From contig JBDQPD010000005.1 of assembly GCA_040260805.1 (NCBI GenBank), positions 1-61,291 on the forward strand: 61,291 nucleotides of DNA. Reading direction: 5' to 3'. Numbering within the stretch: position 1 is the first letter of the stretch; every line of letters starts with the position of its first letter. Source of the DNA: Myxococcota bacterium (GTDB lineage: Bacteria > Myxococcota > UBA4151). Shown piece by piece: positions 47,288 to 56,549 of the stretch. Position numbers and translations under genes: made by a program. The notes under the pieces were generated by a model, which was not told the DNA's origin, ran no database searches, and was given only the letters and a program-made list of their open reading frames with translations.

Positions 47288-49876
47288 ATGAGAATTCTAA
47301 GTTTATTGATGATGGTGTTGGCGTTGGCTTGTGATGATGAGCCGGCCGAGCCCGTGTACACGCCAATTCCTTTGCAAAAGGGTGCCCCGATGGCGGCGGT
47401 TCAGAGCGGCTTTCTTCGTCTCCCCGCTGGCGTTCCAATGGGCGGATACACGTCTAGAGATGCCGCTTTTGGGGGCACACGGACGCGGCCACGTGATCTG
47501 CGAAAGAGCAACTGGACCCAGAAATTTCATCCCAGCGCAGGCCAGCTGACCGGAACCCCACTGCAGACCCTTTGGCTCACCAATGGTGACCGCCATTTCG
47601 TGGTGCTGCGAATCGATTTGGTCGCCGCGTTTGATGGCATCGTTTTTGAGATCGAGAAGCGCTTGTCTTCGATCACGGGAATCGATCTGACCGGCCAGGT
47701 GGTGATGGTCACCTCGCACAGCCACTCCTCTCCCGCCGCACATCACCGGAGTCTTCAGTTTGCGCTGGGTTTTGATCGTTATGACCCACGAGTCTTTGAG
47801 CGCATTGTGAGTCAGTCGGTGGCGCAGGCGCTGGCAGCGCACAGCCAGCTCGCTCCTGCTCGGATTGGCGTCGGCCTGATGCCTCATGCGGACCCAGCCG
47901 ATGGTGATCAACTCTGGCGTGACCGTCGGACCGAGAACGACGGGTTAATCGATTTTGATGGGCAACCCACGGGGGCTGGTTACAAGGACCCATCCGCCCA
48001 GATCTTGAAGGTCGAATCGGCTGCGGGTGAGTTGCTTGGAGTGCTGCTCAATGTGGGGCTGCATGGGACCAATTTTAGCGACGATAACTGCTGGTCGCAT
48101 TGGGACGCTCCTGGGGCGGTTGCCTACGGTTTGTCTGCTCGTCTGCAGGGCGCGCCCGTGTTCTTATTGCAGGGCGCTGGCGGTGATACTTCGCCCGCCG
48201 GAGTCGGCGCATCGGCGATGGCTAAAGTGGACGACCTGGCTCGTCGAGCGGGCGCCCGTCTGGCGCCCTTGGTCGCAGCAACCCAGACCGCTGCCGATCC
48301 CATCGCTCTGGATCTAGCCCATCTGAGTTTGGAGCAGAGCCACCAGAGTTTGACCGTGAAGCGGCAGGGCACGACCAACTTTCATTACACCCCAGTAACG
48401 CTCGATGATTACGGTCAACCCATTCAGGTTCCTGACAATGTCATTTACGACGCAAGCGGTGCGGTGATCCAAGCGATCGATGAGTTTCCTGCTCCTGTAG
48501 GAGCGGGACTTTGCGGTGAGGCGGTCGGCGTGCCTTTTGGCTCCATTGGCATGGGCTTTGAGTCCGTTTCGGCTTACCCTTATGACCGCTGCGCGATCTT
48601 GGATCGACTGATGCCGGTGATCGCCTCGCGCTACGAGGTTGACGAATCCACGGTGCTCGGCGGTAGCGCCTCAGCCCCTCAAAATGTCGAGCCTGCGATG
48701 TCGGCGAGTTTGGTGGCGTTCGGACATCTCGACGGCGTGCCGGTCACCACCTTTGACCAAGGCCAAGCTGAGACGATCATCGGTCGAGCAGGGCTGATGT
48801 TTCTGCCGGGCGAGACCACCACGCTCCTGACCTTGCGCGCCAAACGCTACGTCACGGACTTGGGCTATGACGCGGCTTTTGTTGTGGGCTACGCGATGGA
48901 CCATGAGGGCTATTTGCTCACTGTTGAGGATTGGGTTGTCGGGGGCTACGAGACCAGCATTAACGTGTGGGGTCCGTTGCAGGGTGAATACCTCTTAGAA
49001 GGGGCTTTGCAATTGGCGCAGCGTGGTTTGGGTGGGCACCAGATTCGGACGGATGATTTGGGAATCAAGCCCCCTGATTACCAGAGTATCAGTTTGGGTT
49101 TTGAACCCTTGCCTGATTTCGATGCCGCAACCCCAAATGCCGGTCGGGTGGTCAGTGAACTCCCTGAAGATCCGGTTTTGTTGCCGCTCAATATGGACCC
49201 TGATCAGATCCTTCCGCTAGCGACATCGGACCCCGTCCGAGTGTTGACCGATGTGTATGCCGGAACTTTTGAAGGTGGTGACGTGGGTATTGATTCACCG
49301 CGGGTTCATCTCGAGCGGTCAGTGGACGGAGAATTTGCGCCGGTCATTGGGCTTGATGGGTTGGTCACGGACAGCGATGGACCGGGGGTTTTGTTGGGTT
49401 ACAGCCCCACGCCGCCGAGGACACTCGCTGAGCCGCGCGAGCATTTATGGACCATTGTTTGGCAACCGGTGGGCGAAGGTGTTGGAGCTGGCGATTGGGC
49501 GAGGTTTTCTCCGGGTACCTACCGTTTTGTCGCGCAGGGCTTGCTGCGCCGAGAAGCTGCTGCCGAGATCGAGGCTTATCGCATTGAGCTGCCCAGCTTT
49601 GAGGTGCAGCCGACCTCGCTTGAAGTCGCTGATGGCGTCGTGTCGTACGCCGCGAGTCCTCTGGGCTACCGAGCGCGCGGCGATCGCTCCGCTCCCAATC
49701 AGCCAGCGGCCGTGCCCTTGGGCACTGTCCTAAACCTAAGCTGCCGCACTGGCGATGCGATCAGTTTCGAAGATCAGCTGGTGGTTGGCGAAGCTGGCGC
49801 AGTGGATATCAACCGGCCAGATGATGGATCGACTTGCTCCTTGACGGATCCCTATGGCAACGGCGGTTTGCTCTAG
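47288..49876 (+). CDS. Neutral/alkaline ceramidase-like lipoprotein
   Basis: Lipobox ALAC; PMGGY, SHSHSSP, LHGT, GAGGDTSP, PGE, GYAMDHEGY, GGYE. Confidence 0.82.
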   Translation: MRILSLLMMVLALACDDEPAEPVYTPIPLQKGAPMAAVQSGFLRLPAGVPMGGYTSRDAAFGGTRTRPRDLRKSNWTQKFHPSAGQLTGTPLQTLWLTNGDRHFVVLRIDLVAAFDGIVFEIEKRLSSITGIDLTGQVVMVTSHSHSSPAAHHRSLQFALGFDRYDPRVFERIVSQSVAQALAAHSQLAPARIGVGLMPHADPADGDQLWRDRRTENDGLIDFDGQPTGAGYKDPSAQILKVESAAGELLGVLLNVGLHGTNFSDDNCWSHWDAPGAVAYGLSARLQGAPVFLLQGAGGDTSPAGVGASAMAKVDDLARRAGARLAPLVAATQTAADPIALDLAHLSLEQSHQSLTVKRQGTTNFHYTPVTLDDYGQPIQVPDNVIYDASGAVIQAIDEFPAPVGAGLCGEAVGVPFGSIGMGFESVSAYPYDRCAILDRLMPVIASRYEVDESTVLGGSASAPQNVEPAMSASLVAFGHLDGVPVTTFDQGQAETIIGRAGLMFLPGETTTLLTLRAKRYVTDLGYDAAFVVGYAMDHEGYLLTVEDWVVGGYETSINVWGPLQGEYLLEGALQLAQRGLGGHQIRTDDLGIKPPDYQSISLGFEPLPDFDAATPNAGRVVSELPEDPVLLPLNMDPDQILPLATSDPVRVLTDVYAGTFEGGDVGIDSPRVHLERSVDGEFAPVIGLDGLVTDSDGPGVLLGYSPTPPRTLAEPREHLWTIVWQPVGEGVGAGDWARFSPGTYRFVAQGLLRREAAAEIEAYRIELPSFEVQPTSLEVADGVVSYAASPLGYRARGDRSAPNQPAAVPLGTVLNLSCRTGDAISFEDQLVVGEAGAVDINRPDDGSTCSLTDPYGNGGLL

Positions 49877-49973
49877 CGGGCTGACCCGCATTGTACTCAG
49901 CGCAACGGCGTCCATGTGGTAGCCCCACGCCGTCCGCTTTCATCCTTCGGGGCTGTATTAGGAACTTCTTATC

Positions 49974-50936
49974 ATGAATGATCCCTTGGCGATTCTACTG
50001 ATCGTAGTTTTGGTTGCCGCTGCGGTGGCGCTTTGGATGCTTGATGGCACCTATCGTAGCCGCCTGGTCAAGTCGGCTAAACGGGCGACCGATGCCGAAG
50101 AGAAAAACACCAAACTGAGCGACACGGTGGCTGAGTTGCGCGCTGAACGCGACAAGAACCGCAAACGCCAGGAACGAATGGAAAAGGATCGCGACGGCGA
50201 CCGAGAACAACTGCGCAAACTCAAAGCTAAGGTGAAGCGACAAGGCCAAGCCAAAGCAGGCCCAGCAGCTTCGGAGTCCGATGACTCGGAAGATGCAGAG
50301 CGCATGCGTCAAGAGCTCAAAGTCTTGCGTGATGAGCTCGAAAATAGACTCAGCGGCGAAACCACGGTCCAGAATCAGGTTGAGCGCCTCCAAGAGCGGC
50401 TCGCTGAGGCTCAAGACCGTCTGTCTGTCTACGAAGAGCAGGCGAAGAAAATGAGCCGCGGTGTGCGTGTAAGCTTAGTGGATTCCGATGTCCAAGCCGC
50501 CAAAGAGGACCTCCCTGCGTTCATGAAGCGGATCAAGACTGAGATGGCGATTCTTGAGCGCAAGATTCGTCGCAACCACGAAGCCTTCATGAGCCAACAA
50601 GGTAAAACCGATGTCGCGGTCGAGAAGCTCAGCACCATGCGCGCTCGCTACCGAGCGGTGTGCCGTGAGCTTGCGGTGCTGCTTTCGGGCAACGAAGATT
50701 TGGACGAGCAAGAGGCTCAAGCGGTCGCAGAACAGGCCGTTGAGCGTGCTGACGAGTCGGCAAGTTGGGCGGGCTCGGACGATTCGTTCGACGAACCCGA
50801 AGAGGTCGTCGAGGAGGCTGTCGAGTCTGACGAAGCCGCTGACGAAGCCGCTGACGAAGCCGCTGACGAAGCCGCTGACGAAGCCGCTGACGAAGCCGCT
50901 GACCAAGCCGCCGAAAAAAGTGCACCTGAGAGCTAA
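49974..50936 (+). CDS. Membrane-anchored coiled-coil protein with an acidic repeat tail
   Basis: N-terminal TM, long heptad-like charged helices, (DEAA)n tail. Confidence 0.75.
   Translation: MNDPLAILLIVVLVAAAVALWMLDGTYRSRLVKSAKRATDAEEKNTKLSDTVAELRAERDKNRKRQERMEKDRDGDREQLRKLKAKVKRQGQAKAGPAASESDDSEDAERMRQELKVLRDELENRLSGETTVQNQVERLQERLAEAQDRLSVYEEQAKKMSRGVRVSLVDSDVQAAKEDLPAFMKRIKTEMAILERKIRRNHEAFMSQQGKTDVAVEKLSTMRARYRAVCRELAVLLSGNEDLDEQEAQAVAEQAVERADESASWAGSDDSFDEPEEVVEEAVESDEAADEAADEAADEAADEAADEAADQAAEKSAPES
50829..50912 (+). repeat. 12-nt tandem repeat GACGAAGCCGCT, six perfect copies plus one imperfect
   Basis: Read directly; encodes DEAA x6 then DQAA. Confidence 0.97.
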
Positions 50937-50940
50937 GACG

Positions 50941-51201
50941 ATGGCAAAGGTGGTGATTTATAGCGCTGAATATTGCGGTTATTGCACCATGGCTAAGCGG
51001 CTGCTTGATGCGCGCTCGGTGCCCTACGTGGAGCACGACGTGACCGATGACTTTGATCGCCGGAAATGGTTGATCGAGATCACCGGCAAGCGGACCGTCC
51101 CGCAGATTTTCTTTGGCGATCATCTGGTGGGCGGTTTTGACGAGCTTGCGGCGCTCGATCGTTCAGGAAACCTAGCCGCAACCTTAGAGGCGAACGCTTA
51201 G
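50941..51201 (+). CDS. grxC: Glutaredoxin 3
   Basis: CGYC active site, TVPQIF, VGGFDEL; start at ATG 50941, the longer ORF-track call is spurious. Confidence 0.93.
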   Translation: MAKVVIYSAEYCGYCTMAKRLLDARSVPYVEHDVTDDFDRRKWLIEITGKRTVPQIFFGDHLVGGFDELAALDRSGNLAATLEANA

Positions 51202-51213
51202 GCTCGTCTCACC

Positions 51214-53256
51214 CTATAGCTGTAATTCTGAGGCTTCGAGTCGAAGGTCAGAGTAGCCGTCTGCTCTCAACACACCCCAAACCTCTCGATCATTAGGCTG
51301 GGGTAGGTTGAGCTCGCCATCTGAGTTGCTCAGGCGTGTTTCAAGCACCTCGCCTTGCCCGTCGTAGGTCGTGAGCGTGACGCCGCCTAGCACGCGTTGA
51401 CTGTCCGCGTCCCGTAAGCTCAAATTAACAAATCCGTTGTCGATACGCTTATCAAAAGCCATCGCCTCGACGGTGAGGTGACCCATGGCTGAATGCGCCA
51501 AAACGCCTTCGTCCGACCATGGGGTCCCATTGCGCCACCAGGTGGGCCCGGTGAGGTCAGGGTCGGAATCTGTGAGGCCGTGACTTCCGGTCACGATGAT
51601 CGTTATTTTGTCTTGCCACTCGCGCCGCTCCATCGCCGCAATCAGGCGCTCAAGCATGACGTCGACCGCAAGCAAGGCCTGCCTGGCTTCATCGCTTTGC
51701 GTTCCAAATTGCTCGGCGACGCGTTGGTAGATGGGCAGGCGAGTGATCGTGTAGGTAGGACGAGCCCCAGGAACTTGAAGGCCGGTGATCATACGCTGTG
51801 TGTATTCGGACAAGATGATGGAGGTCTCCCAAGCGGCGTAATCATCGCCTGAGAGCCAGTCCGGCGCCTGCGGAAGTTCGGAAAAGCCTGGTTCTCGACC
51901 GATGTTGAGCCAGCCCTCTGAGCCCGGTCCGGTGGTCGAGAGCGCATCGGTGGTCGCTCCGATCCTGCTCGGGCTCCCTGCGCAGACGGTCCAGGGCTCC
52001 TCCATGGTCTCAGCGGGGCGAGACAAAATCGCTTGGTGGAGCGTCTCTGCTGGTGCGCGAAAGAGTGAATTCACTGCTCTAAAGTCACCCTCGCCGAGCA
52101 GATCGAGCGTCGTATTTTCGGAGCGATTATAGATTAGATTATCGTACACACCATGGTGTCCTGACCACAGCCCCGACCCCAAAGAGGTGTGACTTGGGAC
52201 CGCATTGGACGGAAAGCTTGAGAGCAAACCTTGCCGCAGCCAGAGCCCTTGATCCCGCACATGCTTGAGTCCCACGCTGTCTTCGATGACCGCGTCAAGC
52301 GCTTGGGTGCTCAATCCGTCGATCACAAACACCAGGACCTGCTCGGCCGCTTCGCTGGTGATCAAGTCGGATCGGATGACGCCGTCCATTCGGCTCATCA
52401 GTGTCCAAGCGAGGGCTCCGTCGCTCGCTCGGCCGAGGGTCCAGCCGACGCCTAAGGCAGAAGCGAGCGTCGGCGCCAAATCGACCGACTCAATGTATTG
52501 ATCGACTGCTCCGCTTTGAACGCCGGCGCCCCAGGCTAAAAAACCGGCAGAGCTTGAGCTGGATTCAAGACTTCCGCTTTGCGCGGCCTTGCCTTCGATG
52601 CCCGCTTGAGCGGCGGTCAAGGCGATCAGGTCCGGTGCTTGCGGGTTTTCGAAGAAGCCGAACAGTCGACGGACACACGCTGGGATCCCCTGACAAGGGT
52701 CAGCCCCTTCGAGTTCAGTGCGCTCCATACTCAAGCCATCGCTCGACCAGCGACGAGCCCAGACGGCGCGCCCGTTTCGACTTTGGACGATTAAGCGACG
52801 TCGCTCATCACTCCATACCAAACGCTCGATCCCAGCCGGTAGATCACCGTCAAGCACGGGACCAAGTGCTCGCCGCTCCCACTGATCCAAGCCAGCATCG
52901 CCGACTGGGTCCAATAAGAGCGCTTGGGCTTCGAGCATGCCCAGCCTCAAGCTTCTCAGGCTGGTACCGAGCTCCCTACCGTCGCTTGTTGTGCCCTTCA
53001 GGTAGCAGCGGGTTTCGATCTCGGTTCGATCGCGCGCAGCGAGCCATAAGCCTTCGATAATGGTCGCCGGTCCGGTGACGCCATCGTCACAAACATACCG
53101 AAAGCCGGCGTCATCGTTCATGCCTTGGGCGGTGAGCGCAAAGACACCGGGTAACTCGGTTTCACTCAGGGTAAACACAGCCTGGTCCGGGCCTGCGCCT
53201 TCATCGGGGCAAGCGCAGACAAGACTCAACAAAATGACAATTGCGACTGTTCTCAT
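51214..53256 (-). CDS. Alkaline phosphatase/phosphodiesterase superfamily lipoprotein, permuted and degenerate
   Basis: Lipobox VCAC; APDL, VDLAPTL, VIDG, FPSNAVPSHTSLGSG...HHGVYDN, VTGSHG. Confidence 0.75.
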   Translation of the reverse strand: MRTVAIVILLSLVCACPDEGAGPDQAVFTLSETELPGVFALTAQGMNDDAGFRYVCDDGVTGPATIIEGLWLAARDRTEIETRCYLKGTTSDGRELGTSLRSLRLGMLEAQALLLDPVGDAGLDQWERRALGPVLDGDLPAGIERLVWSDERRRLIVQSRNGRAVWARRWSSDGLSMERTELEGADPCQGIPACVRRLFGFFENPQAPDLIALTAAQAGIEGKAAQSGSLESSSSSAGFLAWGAGVQSGAVDQYIESVDLAPTLASALGVGWTLGRASDGALAWTLMSRMDGVIRSDLITSEAAEQVLVFVIDGLSTQALDAVIEDSVGLKHVRDQGLWLRQGLLSSFPSNAVPSHTSLGSGLWSGHHGVYDNLIYNRSENTTLDLLGEGDFRAVNSLFRAPAETLHQAILSRPAETMEEPWTVCAGSPSRIGATTDALSTTGPGSEGWLNIGREPGFSELPQAPDWLSGDDYAAWETSIILSEYTQRMITGLQVPGARPTYTITRLPIYQRVAEQFGTQSDEARQALLAVDVMLERLIAAMERREWQDKITIIVTGSHGLTDSDPDLTGPTWWRNGTPWSDEGVLAHSAMGHLTVEAMAFDKRIDNGFVNLSLRDADSQRVLGGVTLTTYDGQGEVLETRLSNSDGELNLPQPNDREVWGVLRADGYSDLRLEASELQL

Positions 53257-53328
53257 GGCCTAAGTTGAACCTGCATCGGCGCTTAAGTGCAACAGGCTGC
53301 GTGTCGAAGTGCGGTGGGGAGCCTTACT

Positions 53329-53622
53329 TTGAACCGCGCCATCATCATGTTTTTATCGGTCCTGAGCACGATCGTCGTTGCCGCGCTGGTGGTAGCAGGT
53401 CCCGAAGGCGTTAATCGACTCGAGGAACAACGCCGTAATCTTGGCCGGCTTGAAGTTCGTCGCGACGCAGCGAAACGTAAGGCGCTCGCCTTTGAACGGA
53501 AAATTACGAATCAAAGCGAAGGCCTCGAAGGAGATTCGCTGTTCTCGCCACACCGTGAGAAGCTGGTCCGACAAGAGCTCGGCGTGATCGCAGACGATGA
53601 GATCGAGATCGAACTCAAGTAG
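53329..53622 (+). CDS. Septum formation initiator (FtsB/DivIC)-like protein
   Basis: TM + GPEG + coiled coil + EKLVRQELGVIADDE; TTG start after GGGAG (ATG 53347 is the alternative). Confidence 0.65.
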   Translation: MNRAIIMFLSVLSTIVVAALVVAGPEGVNRLEEQRRNLGRLEVRRDAAKRKALAFERKITNQSEGLEGDSLFSPHREKLVRQELGVIADDEIEIELK

Positions 53623-53730
53623 TTTGCAGAACTCGCTTAAACTCTGGTCACACACGGAAAGTCCGCTGAGGCTTGCCAAGGGTCGCGCGGCAGCCCTATG
53701 CCTTGATTAGATTTAAGCGAGGTTCCGCCC

Positions 53731-55047
53731 ATGGTGAAACGCTTCGTCCTTGATACGAACGTCCTCCTGCACAACCCTGATTCGCTGCTCCACTTCGAAG
53801 ACAACGATGTGATCATCCCGATCTACGTGATCGAAGAGATTGATACGTTTAAGCGCAATGCGTCAGAGCTGGGTCGAAACGCCCGGCATGCGTCTCGCCA
53901 TTTAGACCGACTGCGTCATGGCGGTAGTTTGATGGAGGGCGTGCCTTTAGAAAACGGAGGCACGCTGCGCGTCGCCTTTACCGACCGGCGTTTGCCAGCC
54001 GAGTTTCAGATGTCGAATACGGTCGACAATATGATCCTCGCGGTTGCGGTCGAGATTCAGCAAAAGGAGCCGTCGAAAAAGACGGTGCTGGTCTCCAAGG
54101 ACATCACCTTACGTTTGCGCGCAGACGGTCTTGGCCTCGAAGCGCAAGATTACGACGACAACCGGCGTCGCTCACCAGACGATTTGTATTCTGGGTTCAT
54201 CCAGCGAGATGTCGAGCCAGGAATGATCGACAAGCTCTACGCTGTCGGCGCGCTCGAGAGCGAAGACCTAGGCGAGGACCTCAAACCGAACATCTACATC
54301 CAGCTCAACGCTGTGGAGACCAGGCAATCGGCGCTGGCGAAGTTCGACCCCTTTGAAGGGGTGGTTCGGCCCGTCGATCGACTCAGCAGAGATACGTGGG
54401 GCTTGATGCCGCTCAATCGAGAACAGAAGCTCGCGCTGGATGCGCTCAATGATCCGCGCATCAAATTGGTCACGCTCTTAGGCAAGGCCGGTACGGGTAA
54501 GACGCTGCTGGCGATCGCCGCCGGATTGCACGCGGTGACTGAGACGCGCGAAGCGCAAAAGCTTTTGGTCGCTCGCCCGGTGCTCAGTTTAGGTCGAGAC
54601 TTAGGTTATCTTCCTGGGACTGTGGAAGAAAAACTCAACCCATGGATGAAGCCGATCTACGATAACGTGGACTTTTTGCTCGGCTTGACCGCCGACCAAA
54701 AGCGCGCTGGCCGAGGTGCGCATGAGCTGATGGATCAAGGGCTGCTCGAGATCGAACCGCTCAGCTATATTCGTGGTCGCTCGATCCCGAACCAGTTCAT
54801 GGTCATTGATGAAAGTCAGAACCTGACACCGCATGAGATCAAGACGATCATCACCCGCGCTGGTGAGGGCACCCGCATCATTTTGACGGGCGACCCTTTC
54901 CAGATCGATCACCCGTACATCGATGTCTCGAACAACGGCCTGGTGCACGCGGTCAATGCCTTCGCAGATTCACACCTTGCGGCGCACATTACCCTGCAAA
55001 AGGGCGAGCGCTCTGAGCTCGCCGAAGAGGCTGCCAATCGGTTGTAG
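53731..55047 (+). CDS. phoH: PIN-PhoH (PhoH2/YlaK-like) protein
   Basis: N-terminal PIN (VLDTNVLL), GKAGTGKT, GYLPG, YIRGRS, DESQN, GDPFQID. Confidence 0.95.
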   Translation: MVKRFVLDTNVLLHNPDSLLHFEDNDVIIPIYVIEEIDTFKRNASELGRNARHASRHLDRLRHGGSLMEGVPLENGGTLRVAFTDRRLPAEFQMSNTVDNMILAVAVEIQQKEPSKKTVLVSKDITLRLRADGLGLEAQDYDDNRRRSPDDLYSGFIQRDVEPGMIDKLYAVGALESEDLGEDLKPNIYIQLNAVETRQSALAKFDPFEGVVRPVDRLSRDTWGLMPLNREQKLALDALNDPRIKLVTLLGKAGTGKTLLAIAAGLHAVTETREAQKLLVARPVLSLGRDLGYLPGTVEEKLNPWMKPIYDNVDFLLGLTADQKRAGRGAHELMDQGLLEIEPLSYIRGRSIPNQFMVIDESQNLTPHEIKTIITRAGEGTRIILTGDPFQIDHPYIDVSNNGLVHAVNAFADSHLAAHITLQKGERSELAEEAANRL

Positions 55048-55134
55048 CGGTTGAACGTACAGGGGTTGTTTATTCGCTTCGGGCTTGTCGTGCGCCCGTG
55101 GGGCGGGCAAGCACTCCTGTAAGGAGACCCTCTC

Positions 55135-56463
55135 ATGCAACGCGCCACCATTGGAACGATTCACAAGTTTGAAGGCCAAGAGGTCGAGTTGTGCGGCTGG
55201 CAGTTCAATCGCCGTGGCTCGAAGAAGATCTGCTTTATGCAGGTCCGAGACGGCTCGGGCTTTATGCAGTGTGTGCTGGCTCGCGACGCGATCGATGAGG
55301 AGCTCTTTGACCAGGTGCGCAAGCTGCCGCTTGAGAGTTCGGTAAAGGTCCGTGGCTTGGTGGTCGCTGATGAGCGCTCGAAGCGTGGCTTTGAGCTGCA
55401 GGTCAGCGGCGTTGAGGTGGTGCACGTCGCCGAGGAATATCCGCTTGGAAAGAAAGACCACGGCCCTGAGTTCTTGATGAATCATCGGCATCTGTGGCTG
55501 CGCTCACGCCGCCAGCATGTGGTGCTCCGGGTTCGCCACACGGTGGTTAAAGCGATCCGTGATTACTTTGACGAACGCGATTTTCTGCTCATGGATTCGC
55601 CGATTCTAACCGGGAATGCCTGCGAGGGCACCTCGACGCTGTTTGAGACGCCGTACTTTGGTGAGACCGCTTACCTGAGCCAGAGCGGTCAGCTCTACCA
55701 AGAAGCTGGTGCGATGGCTTTTGGTAAGACCTATTGCTTTGGTCCTACCTTTCGCGCTGAGAAGTCATCCACTCGCCGTCATCTGACCGAGTTCTGGATG
55801 GTTGAGCCGGAGATGGCGTACGCCGACAACAACGACGTGATGGATTTAGCCGAGGATTTCTTGTGCGTCGTCGTCGAGCGCGTGCTCGAAAAGCATGCCG
55901 AAGAGCTCGAGACGATTTTAGAGCGCGACCTCACGGCGCTGCGCAAAGTGAAGAAGCCCTTTCCGCGGATCTCCTACAACGAAGCGGTCGAGCACATCGC
56001 TCGCCTGCGTGAGGGCATGACAGACCCAGAAGAGCGGGCTTTGATGGAGATGCCTTGGGGGAGCGACTTTGGCGCTCGACACGAGACCGAGCTGACCAAG
56101 CAATACGATCGTCCGGTGATGATTCATGATTTCCCGATGGCGGTGAAAGCGTTCTATTTTAAGCGCAACCCGGACGACCCTCGCTTAGCCTCCTGCGTCG
56201 ATGTGCTCGCGCCAGAAGGCGTCGGCGAGATCATCGGCGGTGGTCAGCGTGAAGATGATCTGTCGGTGCTGCTTGAGGCGATTGATCAGCACGAACTCGA
56301 CCCCAAAGATTTCGGCTGGTTTAACGACCTGAGACGCTACGGCTCGGTACCTCACGGTGGCTTTGGACTTGGCCTTGAGCGGACGGTCGGCTGGATCTGT
56401 GGATTGCATCATGTGCGCGAGACGATCCCCTTTGCCCGAACGATGGATCGATTGAGCCCGTAA
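55135..56463 (+). CDS. asnS: Asparagine-tRNA ligase
   Basis: YLSQSGQLY, FGPTFRAEKS, RHLTEFWMVEPE, GEIIGGGQRE, PHGGFGLGLER. Confidence 0.96.
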   Translation: MQRATIGTIHKFEGQEVELCGWQFNRRGSKKICFMQVRDGSGFMQCVLARDAIDEELFDQVRKLPLESSVKVRGLVVADERSKRGFELQVSGVEVVHVAEEYPLGKKDHGPEFLMNHRHLWLRSRRQHVVLRVRHTVVKAIRDYFDERDFLLMDSPILTGNACEGTSTLFETPYFGETAYLSQSGQLYQEAGAMAFGKTYCFGPTFRAEKSSTRRHLTEFWMVEPEMAYADNNDVMDLAEDFLCVVVERVLEKHAEELETILERDLTALRKVKKPFPRISYNEAVEHIARLREGMTDPEERALMEMPWGSDFGARHETELTKQYDRPVMIHDFPMAVKAFYFKRNPDDPRLASCVDVLAPEGVGEIIGGGQREDDLSVLLEAIDQHELDPKDFGWFNDLRRYGSVPHGGFGLGLERTVGWICGLHHVRETIPFARTMDRLSP

Positions 56464-56504
56464 ATAGAGAATTTCTATAGACCGCTGAGGACTAGAATAA
56501 CACG

Positions 56505-56527
56505 GCAGATGACCTTGTGGCATCTGC
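56505..56527. other. Intergenic hairpin after asnS
   Basis: GCAGATG / CATCTGC 7-bp stem; no U-tract, so a terminator role is uncertain. Confidence 0.35.
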
Positions 56528-56549
56528 GTCACTGGGCTATTTATAGACC

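Noticed and set aside
50829-50912. Tandem repeat as a CRISPR array
   Set aside because: 12-nt units without spacers, in frame within a CDS; no cas genes
50611-50940. N-terminal extension of glutaredoxin with (TKPL)n repeats
   Set aside because: Alternative-frame reading of the 12-nt repeat in the upstream gene; grxC starts at 50941
53650-53700. RNase P or SRP RNA suggested by GGAAAGTCCG and GCAGCC
   Set aside because: Gap of only ~108 nt; the other conserved elements are absent
53329-55047. PhoAT-PhoH2 toxin-antitoxin pair
   Set aside because: The upstream small gene has TM plus coiled-coil features of FtsB/DivIC, not of an antitoxin
56476-56549. Direct repeat TATAGACC twice in the asnS-lipoprotein spacer as a target-site duplication
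   Set aside because: Only 8 nt, with no mobile-element remnant between the copies; chance is sufficient
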